From Candidatus Kerfeldbacteria bacterium (GTDB taxonomy: Bacteria > Patescibacteriota > Patescibacteriia > UBA9570 > XYC2-FULL-38-9): DNA of 64,000 nucleotides. Position numbers and translations under genes: made by a program. Positions within the stretch are counted from its first letter, which is position 1, and each line of letters begins with the position of its first letter. Below, one piece after another: positions 1-10,459 of the stretch. The DNA lies in contig JACPGJ010000008.1 of NCBI GenBank assembly GCA_016182555.1, positions 92,272-156,271 on the forward strand, written 5' to 3'. A model generated the notes under the pieces. That model had not been told where the DNA came from, ran no database searches, and saw only the letters and a list, made by a program, of their open reading frames with translations.

Positions 1-742
1 TGGTCGTTGTTTGTTCACCGCTAATACCAACAACCATAACGGTAAACACCGTGTAGAGTATGGTCACTCCACCAATACCGAATGCCAGTGCTTGCGGCAT
101 TTTGTGAGCTGCGTGGCGCTCCACTAATATATTGCGAATTTCTGGAATACAGGCTAATGAACCAAATGCAAACAGAATCACTCCATACGGGAAAAAGAAA
201 TGCTGCGGATGAATTGTTGCTAAGTTTACAGCCTCTACGTGCGAAACGCCAATAAAAAATACGACCAGCATGAGTACCATAATACCAATCGTTACAAACT
301 CTTCAAAGCGAATAAGTGCATTCAGCCCAGCCATAATAATAAAAAATGCCAAGCACCAAAAACCCACCGCATAGAGCTCTTTCGGCCAACCAGACATTCC
401 GAAAACTAATCCCTCAATGATATTGGCAATTTCAATGAGATACGCTATCAGTGCACCATAGATTCCAAAAATAAAGGAAATATTGGCAAGCACGCGACCC
501 GGCGCACCCAGGTAGCGCTGAGCATAACCAGTAAATTGATGCTTTCCACTGGTACGCAATACGACTTCTCCGTAAGCGAGGAGCGTAAACAACATCATCC
601 CCCCAATAGCCATCATATACAGAAACCCGATACTGAAACCAGATTTCATGACGGCATAGGGAATAGCAAAGATACCAACGCCAATAGATGAACCAATAAC
701 CGTTGCTGTTGCCGCAAGAAGCGGGTGACGAAATAACCGCAT
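1..742 (-). CDS. Amino acid permease (APC-superfamily-like), C-terminal part; the gene runs off the window start
   Basis: Minus-strand frame starting with ATG at 742..740 translates to MRLFRHPLLAATATVIGSSIGVGIFAIPYAVMKSGF..., a run of hydrophobic helices typical of amino-acid transporters. This frame is not in the ORF track because it reaches the window edge. The overlapping track ORF 432..797 is in another frame and looks low-complexity. Confidence 0.55.
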   Translation of the reverse strand, partial: MRLFRHPLLAATATVIGSSIGVGIFAIPYAVMKSGFSIGFLYMMAIGGMMLFTLLAYGEVVLRTSGKHQFTGYAQRYLGAPGRVLANISFIFGIYGALIAYLIEIANIIEGLVFGMSGWPKELYAVGFWCLAFFIIMAGLNALIRFEEFVTIGIMVLMLVVFFIGVSHVEAVNLATIHPQHFFFPYGVILFAFGSLACIPEIRNILVERHAAHKMPQALAFGIGGVTILYTVFTVMVVGISGEQTTT

Positions 743-762
743 ATCGCTTTGATATTGAAGTG

Positions 763-1926
763 TTATTGATATTCCACCGTAACTTGTGGCGGAGCAATTT
801 CTACCCATGAATTCCCCACGACTAGTGAAAGAGGGTTTCCATCAGCATCAAAAAATTCTGTACGACTAAGGCGATCTGGTTTTTTCCACTTACCGCTCAA
901 CACGGCACCGTCATGAAAAATAAGCACATCCCCTTCTCCTTCAACTGGCCAGTTCACACGGCCTTTATCCGGCAAACTTTCTCCATATCCAACACGTTCG
1001 ACAATAATATTTTTTGTCTTTACTATTTCCCCGGTATTCGCATCCGTGTGCGGCTGACCACCATTGCTGCGTTCATAGACATTTTCTGTTGAATTGTAAT
1101 GGTACTCTACATCGTATGAACCACCAAAACCAATAAAGACACGTTCAACACCTTGATCGGTTGTTGGGTCTGGTCGTGTTGCCGCATCTACTGGATCAAC
1201 AAATTTCCAGGAAGTATATTCCTGCGGAGGCAAGGTATTCCAACTATGCGTTTCAATCGCTTTTTGAAGATTATCGCTCGAGGTGAATAAATTGTGTGGA
1301 GCATATCTGCTATTATCTCGCCAAAAGAAGCTATACTCACGTAGAGCATCTACATCACGCAATTTAAAACTGGGAATATTACGTAGTGCTGTATCACTTC
1401 CACCAGCGTGGAAATAGGCACAATTATACTCTGAAGCAAATTGCAAATAATTATCGCGTGCGGAGCGAACAGGGCCAATCGTCGGCACTGTTGCACCAGC
1501 GTATACGGCCATAAACCGGGTAATCCCGCCTTCAACAATCACTTCATAGACCACGGATGCTTGAGACAAGCCAGATTGCGGACGTACACCACCAAACGCC
1601 GCATTTTCAACCATCACACATGCAGTAAGCGGGTTGGCAGCAGCGGCATCCACCACAACTCCATCAATACGCCGTGGAGCGGTCGTGGGGATTGATTGCT
1701 CAGCTTCCGGTTTTTTCTTTTTTGTTTTTTCTTCCGGTACCGTTAATTCACGCGCTTCAGTACTTCGTGGAACGCGTACCACAAATGGAATAATCATGAC
1801 TGCCAAGCTCATCAACACCAAAACACTAATCAACCATTCTTTTGGTGTTGGTTTTTTTAAACCATGTAAAAAATTGAGAATATGTTTATGTGATGAATGT
1901 TGTTCTGTTTTTTTCTTGCGACTCAT
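763..1926 (-). CDS. DUF3048-family (YerB-like) secreted/membrane-anchored protein
   Basis: N-terminal TM anchor, then the motif GGITRFMAVY and the AHNLF...GNSWVEI C-terminal region characteristic of DUF3048. Confidence 0.65.
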   Translation of the reverse strand: MSRKKKTEQHSSHKHILNFLHGLKKPTPKEWLISVLVLMSLAVMIIPFVVRVPRSTEARELTVPEEKTKKKKPEAEQSIPTTAPRRIDGVVVDAAAANPLTACVMVENAAFGGVRPQSGLSQASVVYEVIVEGGITRFMAVYAGATVPTIGPVRSARDNYLQFASEYNCAYFHAGGSDTALRNIPSFKLRDVDALREYSFFWRDNSRYAPHNLFTSSDNLQKAIETHSWNTLPPQEYTSWKFVDPVDAATRPDPTTDQGVERVFIGFGGSYDVEYHYNSTENVYERSNGGQPHTDANTGEIVKTKNIIVERVGYGESLPDKGRVNWPVEGEGDVLIFHDGAVLSGKWKKPDRLSRTEFFDADGNPLSLVVGNSWVEIAPPQVTVEYQ

Positions 1927-1929
1927 GGG

Positions 1930-3063
1930 CTAATTATACTCGATTGAACGATCATCGGGAAGGACCTCTACCCAGATATTGCCTGGAATAAAACTGATCT
2001 CTTCTCCGGTATTGGTATAAAAACGCGTGCGATCTTCTGCGCTTGAACGTTTCCAGGTACCTTCTTGAGCTGTTCCATCATGAAACACCACGGCCCGACC
2101 TTCTCCAATGGTGGTCATAGCAAGCCGACCAGTTGTTTCGTCTGTTAATCGCGTGGTCACAAACTGCACAGCAATATTTTTCACCTGAATCTGTTGCTTG
2201 GTTAATGCATCAGTATGTTCTACTCCACCGTTCCAACGCAAATACCTGTTCTCATCTCTATGATAAACATAGCGGACTTCGTAACTCATGCTCGAAAATG
2301 GCAAGGTAATCTGCCTTTCTTCTTGTGGGCGTTGATCTAACGGCACGGGGCTAGAAAATTTCCATGGCGCGAATGTGCCTTGCATATCCGTAAACTGTAA
2401 ATCACGTAACGCATAAGCGAGTAGTGTGGTATTCGTAAATAAATTATGTGGTGCGGCAATCGATTCTTCCCGACGATAATACGGGCCATGATACATTTGA
2501 TCCAAATCATACACTAATAACTGGTCGTTATGCAGATTGTTTATCGCTTCCGGGCTGCCACCAACATGGCCATACACCCCGCGATATTCATCTGCCCATG
2601 AAACAAAATACGGGCGTGCAGAACGTATGGGACCAATATCATTGATCGCTTCATCATTGGCATACACAGCCATAAAACGCGTAATGCCCCCTTCAGCGAG
2701 CGCTTCATAAACCACATTGGCAGCTTGCAAACCAGATTGCGGACGTACGGCAATAAAATTTTCAATCATCATCAAAACCGGTAACTGATTCTCTTTCCCC
2801 TGCTCTACAGCAGCTCCATCAATAAAGCGACGCCCGACATGTTGTGAACCATTTGCGTCTGACAAATTTAATGAGATTGTTTCTGAGACATTGGTAACTG
2901 CTTGATTGCGACGCCCATGAATATGCACAATCAGAAAAACAACAGTACCAATGAGCAATAATAACACAAAAGCAACAACAGCAAACCATCGCCTCGCTTT
3001 TTTATTTTCACGAAGGGACCAAAAAAATTCTCTTAATCGCTCCAATCGCGGATGAACCTCCAT
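1930..3063 (-). CDS. DUF3048-family protein, tandem paralog of 763..1926
   Basis: Same architecture and the same motifs (ENFIAVRPQSGL, GGITRFMAVY, APHNLFT) as the downstream gene; the two are separated by 3 bp. Confidence 0.65.
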   Translation of the reverse strand: MEVHPRLERLREFFWSLRENKKARRWFAVVAFVLLLLIGTVVFLIVHIHGRRNQAVTNVSETISLNLSDANGSQHVGRRFIDGAAVEQGKENQLPVLMMIENFIAVRPQSGLQAANVVYEALAEGGITRFMAVYANDEAINDIGPIRSARPYFVSWADEYRGVYGHVGGSPEAINNLHNDQLLVYDLDQMYHGPYYRREESIAAPHNLFTNTTLLAYALRDLQFTDMQGTFAPWKFSSPVPLDQRPQEERQITLPFSSMSYEVRYVYHRDENRYLRWNGGVEHTDALTKQQIQVKNIAVQFVTTRLTDETTGRLAMTTIGEGRAVVFHDGTAQEGTWKRSSAEDRTRFYTNTGEEISFIPGNIWVEVLPDDRSIEYN

Positions 3064-3068
3064 ACAAA

Positions 3069-3758
3069 TTATTTCTTGGCCTCGGGAGTGCTCTCGCCTT
3101 CGGCTGCTTCTTTATCTTTCTCTGGTGCTTTTGCCACTTCAACAGCAGACACATCTTCTACCACTTGTTCATTTAATGAAGCAAGCTCTGCTTCAGAACG
3201 TGGTTCTTCAACCGTAGCAATCATATCCTCTGAGTCATTTAACACGGTCACGCCAGCTGGTAATGTAAGATCAGAAACACGAATCATATCTTCAAAGGTT
3301 TTTAAACGACTGATATCAATACGAATATCGTGCGGTAAATCTGCTGGTAAACATTCAATTTCTAATTCGCTAATATTTTTAATCAAAATACCATTAAGAT
3401 TTTTCACCGCAGCCGATTCCCCTTCAAACACGAGCTCGACTTCTGCTTTAATTGTTTCATCCATGCGAACTTGGTGAAAATCGATGTGGGAAATTCGTTG
3501 GCTGAGTGGATCATGCTGTAACCCATGAATAATGGCTTTTGTTGGTGCTTGATCATCGATAATCACATCAATCAAAGAACTTTCTCCAGCAGCTTCATAC
3601 ACCTTAATGAACGGATTCATCTGCACCATAATGGAACGGGTGGGAAGACCATGACCGTAAATCACTGCAGGAATATACTGTTGTTCACGTAATTTCACTG
3701 TTGATGCTCGGCCAAGAGCAGTTCTTGTTTTTGCTTGAAGAGTAAATGTGTCTGCCAT
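3069..3758 (-). CDS. rplY: 50S ribosomal protein L25 / general stress protein Ctc
   Basis: N-terminal L25 fold region (QAKTRTALGRASTVKLREQQYIPAVIYG) plus an acidic Ctc-type C-terminal extension. Confidence 0.8.
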   Translation of the reverse strand: MADTFTLQAKTRTALGRASTVKLREQQYIPAVIYGHGLPTRSIMVQMNPFIKVYEAAGESSLIDVIIDDQAPTKAIIHGLQHDPLSQRISHIDFHQVRMDETIKAEVELVFEGESAAVKNLNGILIKNISELEIECLPADLPHDIRIDISRLKTFEDMIRVSDLTLPAGVTVLNDSEDMIATVEEPRSEAELASLNEQVVEDVSAVEVAKAPEKDKEAAEGESTPEAKK

Positions 3759-3771
3759 AAAATAGAAATAC

Positions 3772-4122
3772 TTATCTTAATTTATACAATAATTGATACA
3801 CCGTTGACGGCTCTTGCATGATTTCATGAAGCGCCAATACATCACCTTCTTGAATATGCTCACGAGCCCAAAATTGTTTCACATCTTCTCGAGTTAAATC
3901 GGTCATGAAGGCAATAGATGTTGCCATAGCGTCCTGGTAAATATTCACACTAAATACAGGCAACTGACACTGTGAACATTCTAAATAATAGAGCGACATA
4001 TCATCACCCCTGCCTTGAAACGGTTGAGACTGTGGAGGAAGCAATGCGGCTGAGCAACTAGGACATGATCCCAGTGTGGATTCTGCCGCATGGTCAATTT
4101 TCTTTTTCATGGAAGGTTTCAT
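3772..4122 (-). CDS. Hypothetical small protein with two CxxC pairs (zinc-ribbon-like)
   Basis: CPSC...CSQC cysteine pairs. Sits in a compact operon between rodA/ftsW and rplY. No family recognised. Confidence 0.35.
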   Translation of the reverse strand: MKPSMKKKIDHAAESTLGSCPSCSAALLPPQSQPFQGRGDDMSLYYLECSQCQLPVFSVNIYQDAMATSIAFMTDLTREDVKQFWAREHIQEGDVLALHEIMQEPSTVYQLLYKLR

Positions 4123-4165
4123 CTGTGGAAATGTTCAAATAATATACAATATCAGAAGAAACCTG

Positions 4166-5278
4166 TCAATCGTTGGTCTGGTGCACGCTAATCGCATGGC
4201 AAATGCCCAAGAGAATAAGGGTCATAATCATAGAAGACCCCCCAGCGCTGACTAAAGGTAATGGTACCCCGGTGACCGGCAGTAGACCAACATTCATTCC
4301 GACCACCATGACTGTTTGCACGGCTAAGTAACTTATCGTTCCAAGGATAATCAAAAATGTATACGGTGCTTTTGTATACCATAACGTTCGCCATAAACGG
4401 AAAATAATAATGAACCAGGCAGTAAAAAGCAACAATACGCCAATAAACCCAAACTCTTCAGCAATAACGGCAAAAATAAAATCGGAACTGACTTCGGGTA
4501 AAAAATGCAGCTGACTTTGGGTGCCTAAACCCAAACCACGTCCCCACAAGGAGCCAGATCCAACAGCGACAATAGATTGTTGCAAGTTATAACCTGTATC
4601 GAGTGGATCGGAGGATGGATGCAAAAAGGTGGTCAGCCGATCCTTTTGATATTGCGGGAATAATAAAAACCAAGCCAAAACTGAGGCCGCCAGAACCGAT
4701 GCCACGACCAGGGCAATATATCGCTTCGGTGTTTTTAATATCACCACGTAACTAAACCAAATCATGAAAATAATAAAGGAGGAACCGGTATCTGGCTGTA
4801 ATAAAATCAGCCCAATAAGAAACGCGGCAACCCCACCAGTAAAAAAGAAATAGCGCGGCTGTTGAATGCGGTGCGGATCTGGATCTAAATAGATTGCCAT
4901 AAACAGAATGAAAAAAAACTTCACGAATTCTACTGGCTGAAAAGAGACGGGACCAATCACGAACCAACCGGTGGCACCGTTAATGGTCGAGCCAAATAGA
5001 AGAACAGCAATAAGAATAATCACCGAAACAGCAATAAAAATAAACGGATGAATTTTGATGACACGATAATCGAAGACATTCACCAACAAAAACAACACTA
5101 ATCCAAGCATCACAAATATGAGTTGCTTATAAAATGCAGATAAATCTGGTGTACTTTGGTTTAACCCAATACTGTACTGAATAGTAAGTCCAACGGTGAT
5201 TAAAAAAAAGATTCCGCCGATAACCCACCAATCAATACGGCGAATGATTTTTTTTCGCACCTGAGTCAATACGTCCAT
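4166..5278 (-). CDS. SEDS-family peptidoglycan glycosyltransferase (RodA/FtsW)
   Basis: About ten TM segments and the conserved SEDS blocks FIFAVIAEEFGFIG and PLPLVSAGGSS. Confidence 0.85.
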   Translation of the reverse strand: MDVLTQVRKKIIRRIDWWVIGGIFFLITVGLTIQYSIGLNQSTPDLSAFYKQLIFVMLGLVLFLLVNVFDYRVIKIHPFIFIAVSVIILIAVLLFGSTINGATGWFVIGPVSFQPVEFVKFFFILFMAIYLDPDPHRIQQPRYFFFTGGVAAFLIGLILLQPDTGSSFIIFMIWFSYVVILKTPKRYIALVVASVLAASVLAWFLLFPQYQKDRLTTFLHPSSDPLDTGYNLQQSIVAVGSGSLWGRGLGLGTQSQLHFLPEVSSDFIFAVIAEEFGFIGVLLLFTAWFIIIFRLWRTLWYTKAPYTFLIILGTISYLAVQTVMVVGMNVGLLPVTGVPLPLVSAGGSSMIMTLILLGICHAISVHQTND

Positions 5279-5287
5279 ACGACGAGG

Positions 5288-6160
5288 CTACCAATGACGA
5301 ATGATACGATCCTCGGTCAGCAAATCAACATTCACGACAATTTTTGGTTGAAGCGTTGTCGGTAATCGGTGTTCCCAATACATCGTACGATCAATTGTTT
5401 GTAACGAATCAATTTGTGTGAGCGAAGCACGACCGATCGCTTGAATACGCCCCTCCTCATCTGTGAGAATAGCAACGACCTCTGGCTCACGAAACCCATA
5501 GACACTTTCATTTTGAATCGTAAATTGAAGCGATGTTTGAAACAGCGCATCTTTTTCTGTGGACTGCACTGTACGCAATGCGGTATTTGTCACATTCCAT
5601 GCGGCTTGAGGTACGGCATCATCTCCAACTGTTTTTTTCCATTCTACATGCGTAATCTCAATACGGGCAGTTGGCGTACCACCAGTGAACGGAATACGCA
5701 TTTTCGTAACCATTTTTTCTTGTTCCGGAGCAAAGGTGGTGTGGTCCACTCCAGTGGAAGAACCATTCAAAAAAATTTCATACTCGACGTCTTGAGCAGA
5801 CCAAATCGTATTTGGATTACGAATATCCGATACAATATCGACTGAGGTATCATTATAAACCACCGCTTCAGTCCGAATCGGTATCAAGCTTTTTGGATTC
5901 TGACGAGCACCAAGATTATAGATCGGTGTGGATATGGTTTCCCAAATCTGATTTGTTTGCTGTATATGCGCTGCCCAATTCACTGCATTAAACAAAAAAA
6001 TACCAATACTTATCGCGGCAATCAATCCCCAGAATAGACGGTAGCTTGTATGAATCAGTTGACGATGGGTCGCAATCCAATACCCCATGCGCAACTTCTT
6101 CTCAGAAATAGGTTGTGGTTGTTCTGGCATACACGCCAAGTGTAACATTCTTGTGTCCAA
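5288..6160 (-). CDS. Hypothetical membrane-anchored protein
   Basis: One N-terminal TM helix (LFWGLIAAISIGIFLF) followed by a soluble domain with no recognisable motifs. Confidence 0.4.
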   Translation of the reverse strand: MDTRMLHLACMPEQPQPISEKKLRMGYWIATHRQLIHTSYRLFWGLIAAISIGIFLFNAVNWAAHIQQTNQIWETISTPIYNLGARQNPKSLIPIRTEAVVYNDTSVDIVSDIRNPNTIWSAQDVEYEIFLNGSSTGVDHTTFAPEQEKMVTKMRIPFTGGTPTARIEITHVEWKKTVGDDAVPQAAWNVTNTALRTVQSTEKDALFQTSLQFTIQNESVYGFREPEVVAILTDEEGRIQAIGRASLTQIDSLQTIDRTMYWEHRLPTTLQPKIVVNVDLLTEDRIIRHW

Positions 6161-6225
6161 ATTTCAATTGTGCTAGAATTGAAGAAGAGAAACGAGGAGT
6201 AAAAACAAAATTAATTTTTATTGGT

Positions 6226-6516
6226 ATGTTTGAAACAAGTATTGACCTTATGTACGGTGCGCTCACGATCGCTATTATCATCTTCACTATCTTTTTAGTG
6301 TGGATGATGTATTATGCCATTCAAATTTTGAAACAAGGGAATGAAGTGGTGCGAGATATTCGTCAAAAAATTGCAGATTTTGAAGAAGCCTTAACACATA
6401 TTCGCGAAAAAGTTGTCTCTTCAGCAACATCAATATCATTTATCGCTTCTGAAATTGGTAGCGTGGTTGATTTAGTGAAAAACCGAAAAGAAAAGAAAGC
6501 TTCCAGAAAAAAATAA
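6226..6516 (+). CDS. Small membrane protein with a C-terminal coiled coil (DUF948-like architecture)
   Basis: ORF 6115..6516. I placed the start at the internal ATG 6226 to avoid overlap with the convergent/divergent neighbour. One TM segment (LTIAIIIFTIFLVWMMYYAI) and a charged helical tail. Confidence 0.35.
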   Translation: MFETSIDLMYGALTIAIIIFTIFLVWMMYYAIQILKQGNEVVRDIRQKIADFEEALTHIREKVVSSATSISFIASEIGSVVDLVKNRKEKKASRKK

Positions 6517-6523
6517 AAATCAA

Positions 6524-6997
6524 TTACTGATTCTTATCTTTATTGATCGCATCAATAATTCTGGAATCTGGTTGAAGGGTTTCCCAAAATAAAATGTGGT
6601 CGCGGTTTAACGTGAGCTTATTTACTGGTTGATGCACTTCATTCCCTAAACGAACGACAGATAATTGTGTTTGGTCACTCATATCTGTTGTGTCGGTATC
6701 CGCTGCATCTTCGGTTGTATTCTCGGGGAGTTGTTCTTTAATATAATACACATCCGTCAATTCCAAGTATGAACGGCTCACGATATCTAAGTGCCCAAAA
6801 TAGACCTGACCATTAGATAAAAATACGGCTTGGTAAGAAGATTCTGGAATCAAATCTTTTGCTTGCTTATAATACAGCCCCATTTTCATACTGAATAAGA
6901 TAGCGGCCAACCCAATAACCGCATAGGGCCAAAATAATGGATCAATCGTTCGCCACCACGATTGTTTTCTTTTCCGAGCACCATTTGTTTTTGTCAT
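6524..6997 (-). CDS. Hypothetical membrane-anchored protein
   Basis: Single N-terminal TM segment (LFWPYAVIGLAAILFSM); the remainder is acidic and soluble. Confidence 0.4.
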   Translation of the reverse strand: MTKTNGARKRKQSWWRTIDPLFWPYAVIGLAAILFSMKMGLYYKQAKDLIPESSYQAVFLSNGQVYFGHLDIVSRSYLELTDVYYIKEQLPENTTEDAADTDTTDMSDQTQLSVVRLGNEVHQPVNKLTLNRDHILFWETLQPDSRIIDAINKDKNQ

Positions 6998-7052
6998 ACA
7001 AATATGATAATTTATCTTCTACTTGCTCGCATTATATCATAGACACTACCGT

Positions 7053-10000
7053 ATGTCATTTGTTCATCTCCATACTCACAGCCACTATTCGCTCTTAGAT
7101 GGTCTACCAAAAATTTCTGAACTCATTTCGGCGGTGAAACAACGTGGAATGAATGCGGTAGCACTCACTGACCATGGGAATTTGTATGGCGCAATTGAAT
7201 TTTATCAAGAAGCAACAGCCGCGGGAATACAACCTATCGTCGGCATTGAAGCGTATCTCGCGCCCACCTCTATTGATACACAAGAACCAAAAGAGCGCCC
7301 ATTCCATATTATTCTGCTCGCAAAAAATAGAATCGGCTATGAACATTTGGTGAAACTAACAACCATTGCCAACCTGCAGGGATTTTATTACAAACCGCGC
7401 ATTGATTTTGCATTATTGGAACAATATAAAGAAGGGTTAATTGTGCTCAGTGGTTGCTTATCTGGTGAAATTTCGCGAACCATTCTGGCACATGGTGTTG
7501 AGCGCGCCAAACAAGTGGCACAAAAATATGTATCCGTTTTTGGCCTTGAACATTTTTATTTAGAGGTACAACATAACCCGAATATTCCGGAACAAGCCAC
7601 AGTGAATGCCGCATTATTACAATTGCACCAGGAATTAGGCATTGAACTGGTCGCCACCGCTGATGCCCACTACATTGACCCGGAAGATAGTGAAGCGCAA
7701 GATGTCTTGCTCTGTATTCAAACAAAAACACTCCTAACAGATACCAACCGGTTAACCATGCGCAACGAAGATTATTCGTTGACAACCACAGAAGTCATGC
7801 AGCAACGATTTGCCAATTACCCGCGCGCTGTAGAAAATACAGTGAAGATCGCGGCAATGACGAACCTAGAATTGGAACTCGAAAAAATACAACTCCCCTA
7901 TTTTACTGTCCCAGATGGTCGTACCCCCGAAGCGTATTTGCGAACACTGTGTGAAGATGGTCTCACTCGCCGCTACCCGGAAATGAGTGAAGAAATTCGT
8001 ACGCGCTTAGACTATGAACTCGATATTATTAGTAAAACCGGTTTTGCATCCTATTTTCTCATTGTGCAAGATTTTATTAACTGGGCAAAACAGCAAGGAA
8101 TTGCGGTTGGGCCTGGTCGTGGTTCGGCAGCTGGTTCTATTGTCGCCTATCTCACGAATATCACTGATGTAGATCCTGTACACTATGAACTACTCTTTGA
8201 GCGTTTCCTCAATCCAGAACGTGTATCGATGCCTGATATTGATACCGATTTTGCGGATACGCGGCGAGATGATGTTTTGCGATATGTGGAACAAAAATAT
8301 GGAAAAGACCACGTGGCACAAATTATTACCTTTGGAACTATGGCCGCGCGTGCCTCCATTCGTGATGTCGGCCGCGTGCTTGGATTATCCTATGGCTATT
8401 GTGACCGCATTTCAAAATTAATTCCTCTGTTCTCTTCTCTCACGGACGCGATAGAACAGGTGCCGGAATTAAAAGAGTTGGTCAATCAAGACCCAGATGC
8501 AGAACGGCTGGTGAGCATCGCCAAAAAATTAGAAGGAGTCGTACGACACACTTCTACGCATGCCTGTGCTGTGGTGGTCACTAAAGATCCATTGGATTTA
8601 AGTGTGCCCCTGCAACTCGATCAAAGTGTTGGAAATGTGATTACACAATATTCTATGCACCCCGTGGAAGCATTGGGCTTGCTCAAAATCGACTTCCTCG
8701 GATTAAAAAACTTAACCATTATTGAACAGACGCTCGAAATTATTGAAGCGACCACGGATAAAAAAATTAAAATTGATGAAATTCCGCTCAACGATAAGCA
8801 AACATTTAAATTGTTGCAAAAAGCAAATACGATTGGCGTATTCCAATTAGAAAGTTCGGGCATGCGGCGGTATTTGAAACAACTCAAACCAACCGAATTT
8901 GAAGATATTATTGCCATGGTGTCGCTCTATCGCCCGGGTCCTATGGAATTTATTCCAGATTATATTGATGGAAAGCACGGTAAGCGAGAGATTACCTATA
9001 TCAATAATCGCTTAAAACCCATTTTAGAAAAAACGTATGGTATAGCCGTCTATCAAGAACAGGTGATGCAAATTGCCCAACGTTTAGCTGGGTTTACCTA
9101 TGGAGAAGCTGATGTGTTGCGCAAAGCTGTGGGGAAAAAAAATAAACAACTCCTTGACGAACAAGAGCAGAAAATGATTGCCGGGATGGTACGTAATGGC
9201 ATTAGTCAATCTGTTGCAAAACAAATTTGGGAATTTATTTTACCATTTGCACGGTATGGGTTTAACCGGTCACATGCGGCATGTTATGCCATGATCGCCT
9301 ACCGGACCGCATATCTGAAAGCGAATTTCCCTGCACAATTTATGGCGGCGCTCCTTACGGCTGACTATGGCAACATTGAACGCGTTGCATTAGAGGTGCA
9401 CCATGCGCAAGAAATGGGCCTCGAAGTGTTGCCCCCAGATGTGAATGAAAGTTTTGGCACATTTTCGGTAGTAAAAGAAACGCTAGGCACTGAAAAACCG
9501 CGGCTTCGTTTTAGCTTGAAAGCCATTAAAAATGTTGGTGAACACATTGTTGATGTCATTATTGCGCAGCGAAAAAATCACGGGCCATATCATAGCCTAG
9601 AAAATTTTTTAGAACGCGTACAAGATAAAGACTTAAATAAAAAATCGTTGGAAAGTTTAATCAAAACTGGCGCGCTAGATTGCTTCGGTGATCGCAATCA
9701 GCTGTTGATGAACATGGAAACGCTATTGCAATTTGCCAAACGTTCGCAAGAAGAAGCCGAGACTGGCCAAAAAAATATTTTTGGCATGATGGAAAAAAAA
9801 CCAGACATCAAACTGACACTCTCTCCCGTTCCCACACTCCCACCAAATGTTGTGCTCGGGTGGGAAAAAGAATTGCTGGGTTTGTATATCTCTGGCCACC
9901 CACTCGCGCCGTATACAGAGCTGCTTCAATATATCTCTCATCCATTCAACGAATTGAAAGAATATCCAAAAAATACCTTAGTCACACTGGTCGGCATGGT

Positions 10001-10433
10001 CACGTCGGTGAAACGCATTCAAACAAAAAATGGAGAGCCCATGCTCTTTGCGGGTTTTGCGGATCACACTACAGAAATAGAAGCCATTATCTTTCCAAAA
10101 ATTTTTCAGCAATTCAGCACGCTGTGGGAAGAAGATGCTATTTTAGCGATTATCGGAAAATGTAGCGATAAAGATGGTTCGATGAAAATTTTAGTGGAAT
10201 CTGCTCAGCGTTTTGTGCCAACAGAACTGGTGTTTGCATTACCCAACCGTGTCAAAAAAGCAAAATTTACTCAACTACAACAATTACTCGCTGCATACGC
10301 AAATGGCGGAAAATATCATGTATTTTTGCAATCAGAGGGGAAAAAAATTGATACCCGAACACTGGTCAATATTTCTATCATTCCAGAAGTTCAAAAACTC
10401 TTTGGACAGGATGTGCTCCGCGTGGTAAAATAA
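7053..10433 (+). CDS. dnaE: DNA polymerase III alpha subunit
   Basis: PHP domain start (MSFVHLHTHSHYSLLDG), the polymerase core and a C-terminal OB fold. I chose the ATG at 7053 (the MSFVHL start typical of DnaE) over the upstream in-frame ATG at 7023. Confidence 0.95.
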   Translation: MSFVHLHTHSHYSLLDGLPKISELISAVKQRGMNAVALTDHGNLYGAIEFYQEATAAGIQPIVGIEAYLAPTSIDTQEPKERPFHIILLAKNRIGYEHLVKLTTIANLQGFYYKPRIDFALLEQYKEGLIVLSGCLSGEISRTILAHGVERAKQVAQKYVSVFGLEHFYLEVQHNPNIPEQATVNAALLQLHQELGIELVATADAHYIDPEDSEAQDVLLCIQTKTLLTDTNRLTMRNEDYSLTTTEVMQQRFANYPRAVENTVKIAAMTNLELELEKIQLPYFTVPDGRTPEAYLRTLCEDGLTRRYPEMSEEIRTRLDYELDIISKTGFASYFLIVQDFINWAKQQGIAVGPGRGSAAGSIVAYLTNITDVDPVHYELLFERFLNPERVSMPDIDTDFADTRRDDVLRYVEQKYGKDHVAQIITFGTMAARASIRDVGRVLGLSYGYCDRISKLIPLFSSLTDAIEQVPELKELVNQDPDAERLVSIAKKLEGVVRHTSTHACAVVVTKDPLDLSVPLQLDQSVGNVITQYSMHPVEALGLLKIDFLGLKNLTIIEQTLEIIEATTDKKIKIDEIPLNDKQTFKLLQKANTIGVFQLESSGMRRYLKQLKPTEFEDIIAMVSLYRPGPMEFIPDYIDGKHGKREITYINNRLKPILEKTYGIAVYQEQVMQIAQRLAGFTYGEADVLRKAVGKKNKQLLDEQEQKMIAGMVRNGISQSVAKQIWEFILPFARYGFNRSHAACYAMIAYRTAYLKANFPAQFMAALLTADYGNIERVALEVHHAQEMGLEVLPPDVNESFGTFSVVKETLGTEKPRLRFSLKAIKNVGEHIVDVIIAQRKNHGPYHSLENFLERVQDKDLNKKSLESLIKTGALDCFGDRNQLLMNMETLLQFAKRSQEEAETGQKNIFGMMEKKPDIKLTLSPVPTLPPNVVLGWEKELLGLYISGHPLAPYTELLQYISHPFNELKEYPKNTLVTLVGMVTSVKRIQTKNGEPMLFAGFADHTTEIEAIIFPKIFQQFSTLWEEDAILAIIGKCSDKDGSMKILVESAQRFVPTELVFALPNRVKKAKFTQLQQLLAAYANGGKYHVFLQSEGKKIDTRTLVNISIIPEVQKLFGQDVLRVVK

Positions 10434-10459
10434 GCCAAAATATTGACTGACAACTTTGT

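Noticed and set aside
432-797. 121-aa minus-strand ORF from the track
   Set aside because: A different frame on the same strand, extending to the window edge, encodes a convincing multi-helix permease. The listed ORF is Cys/Trp/Tyr-rich, which is not protein-like.
3052-3477. 141-aa plus-strand ORF
   Set aside because: It lies entirely antisense to the well-supported rplY/L25 gene, and its Ser/Thr-rich low-complexity translation looks like a shadow ORF.
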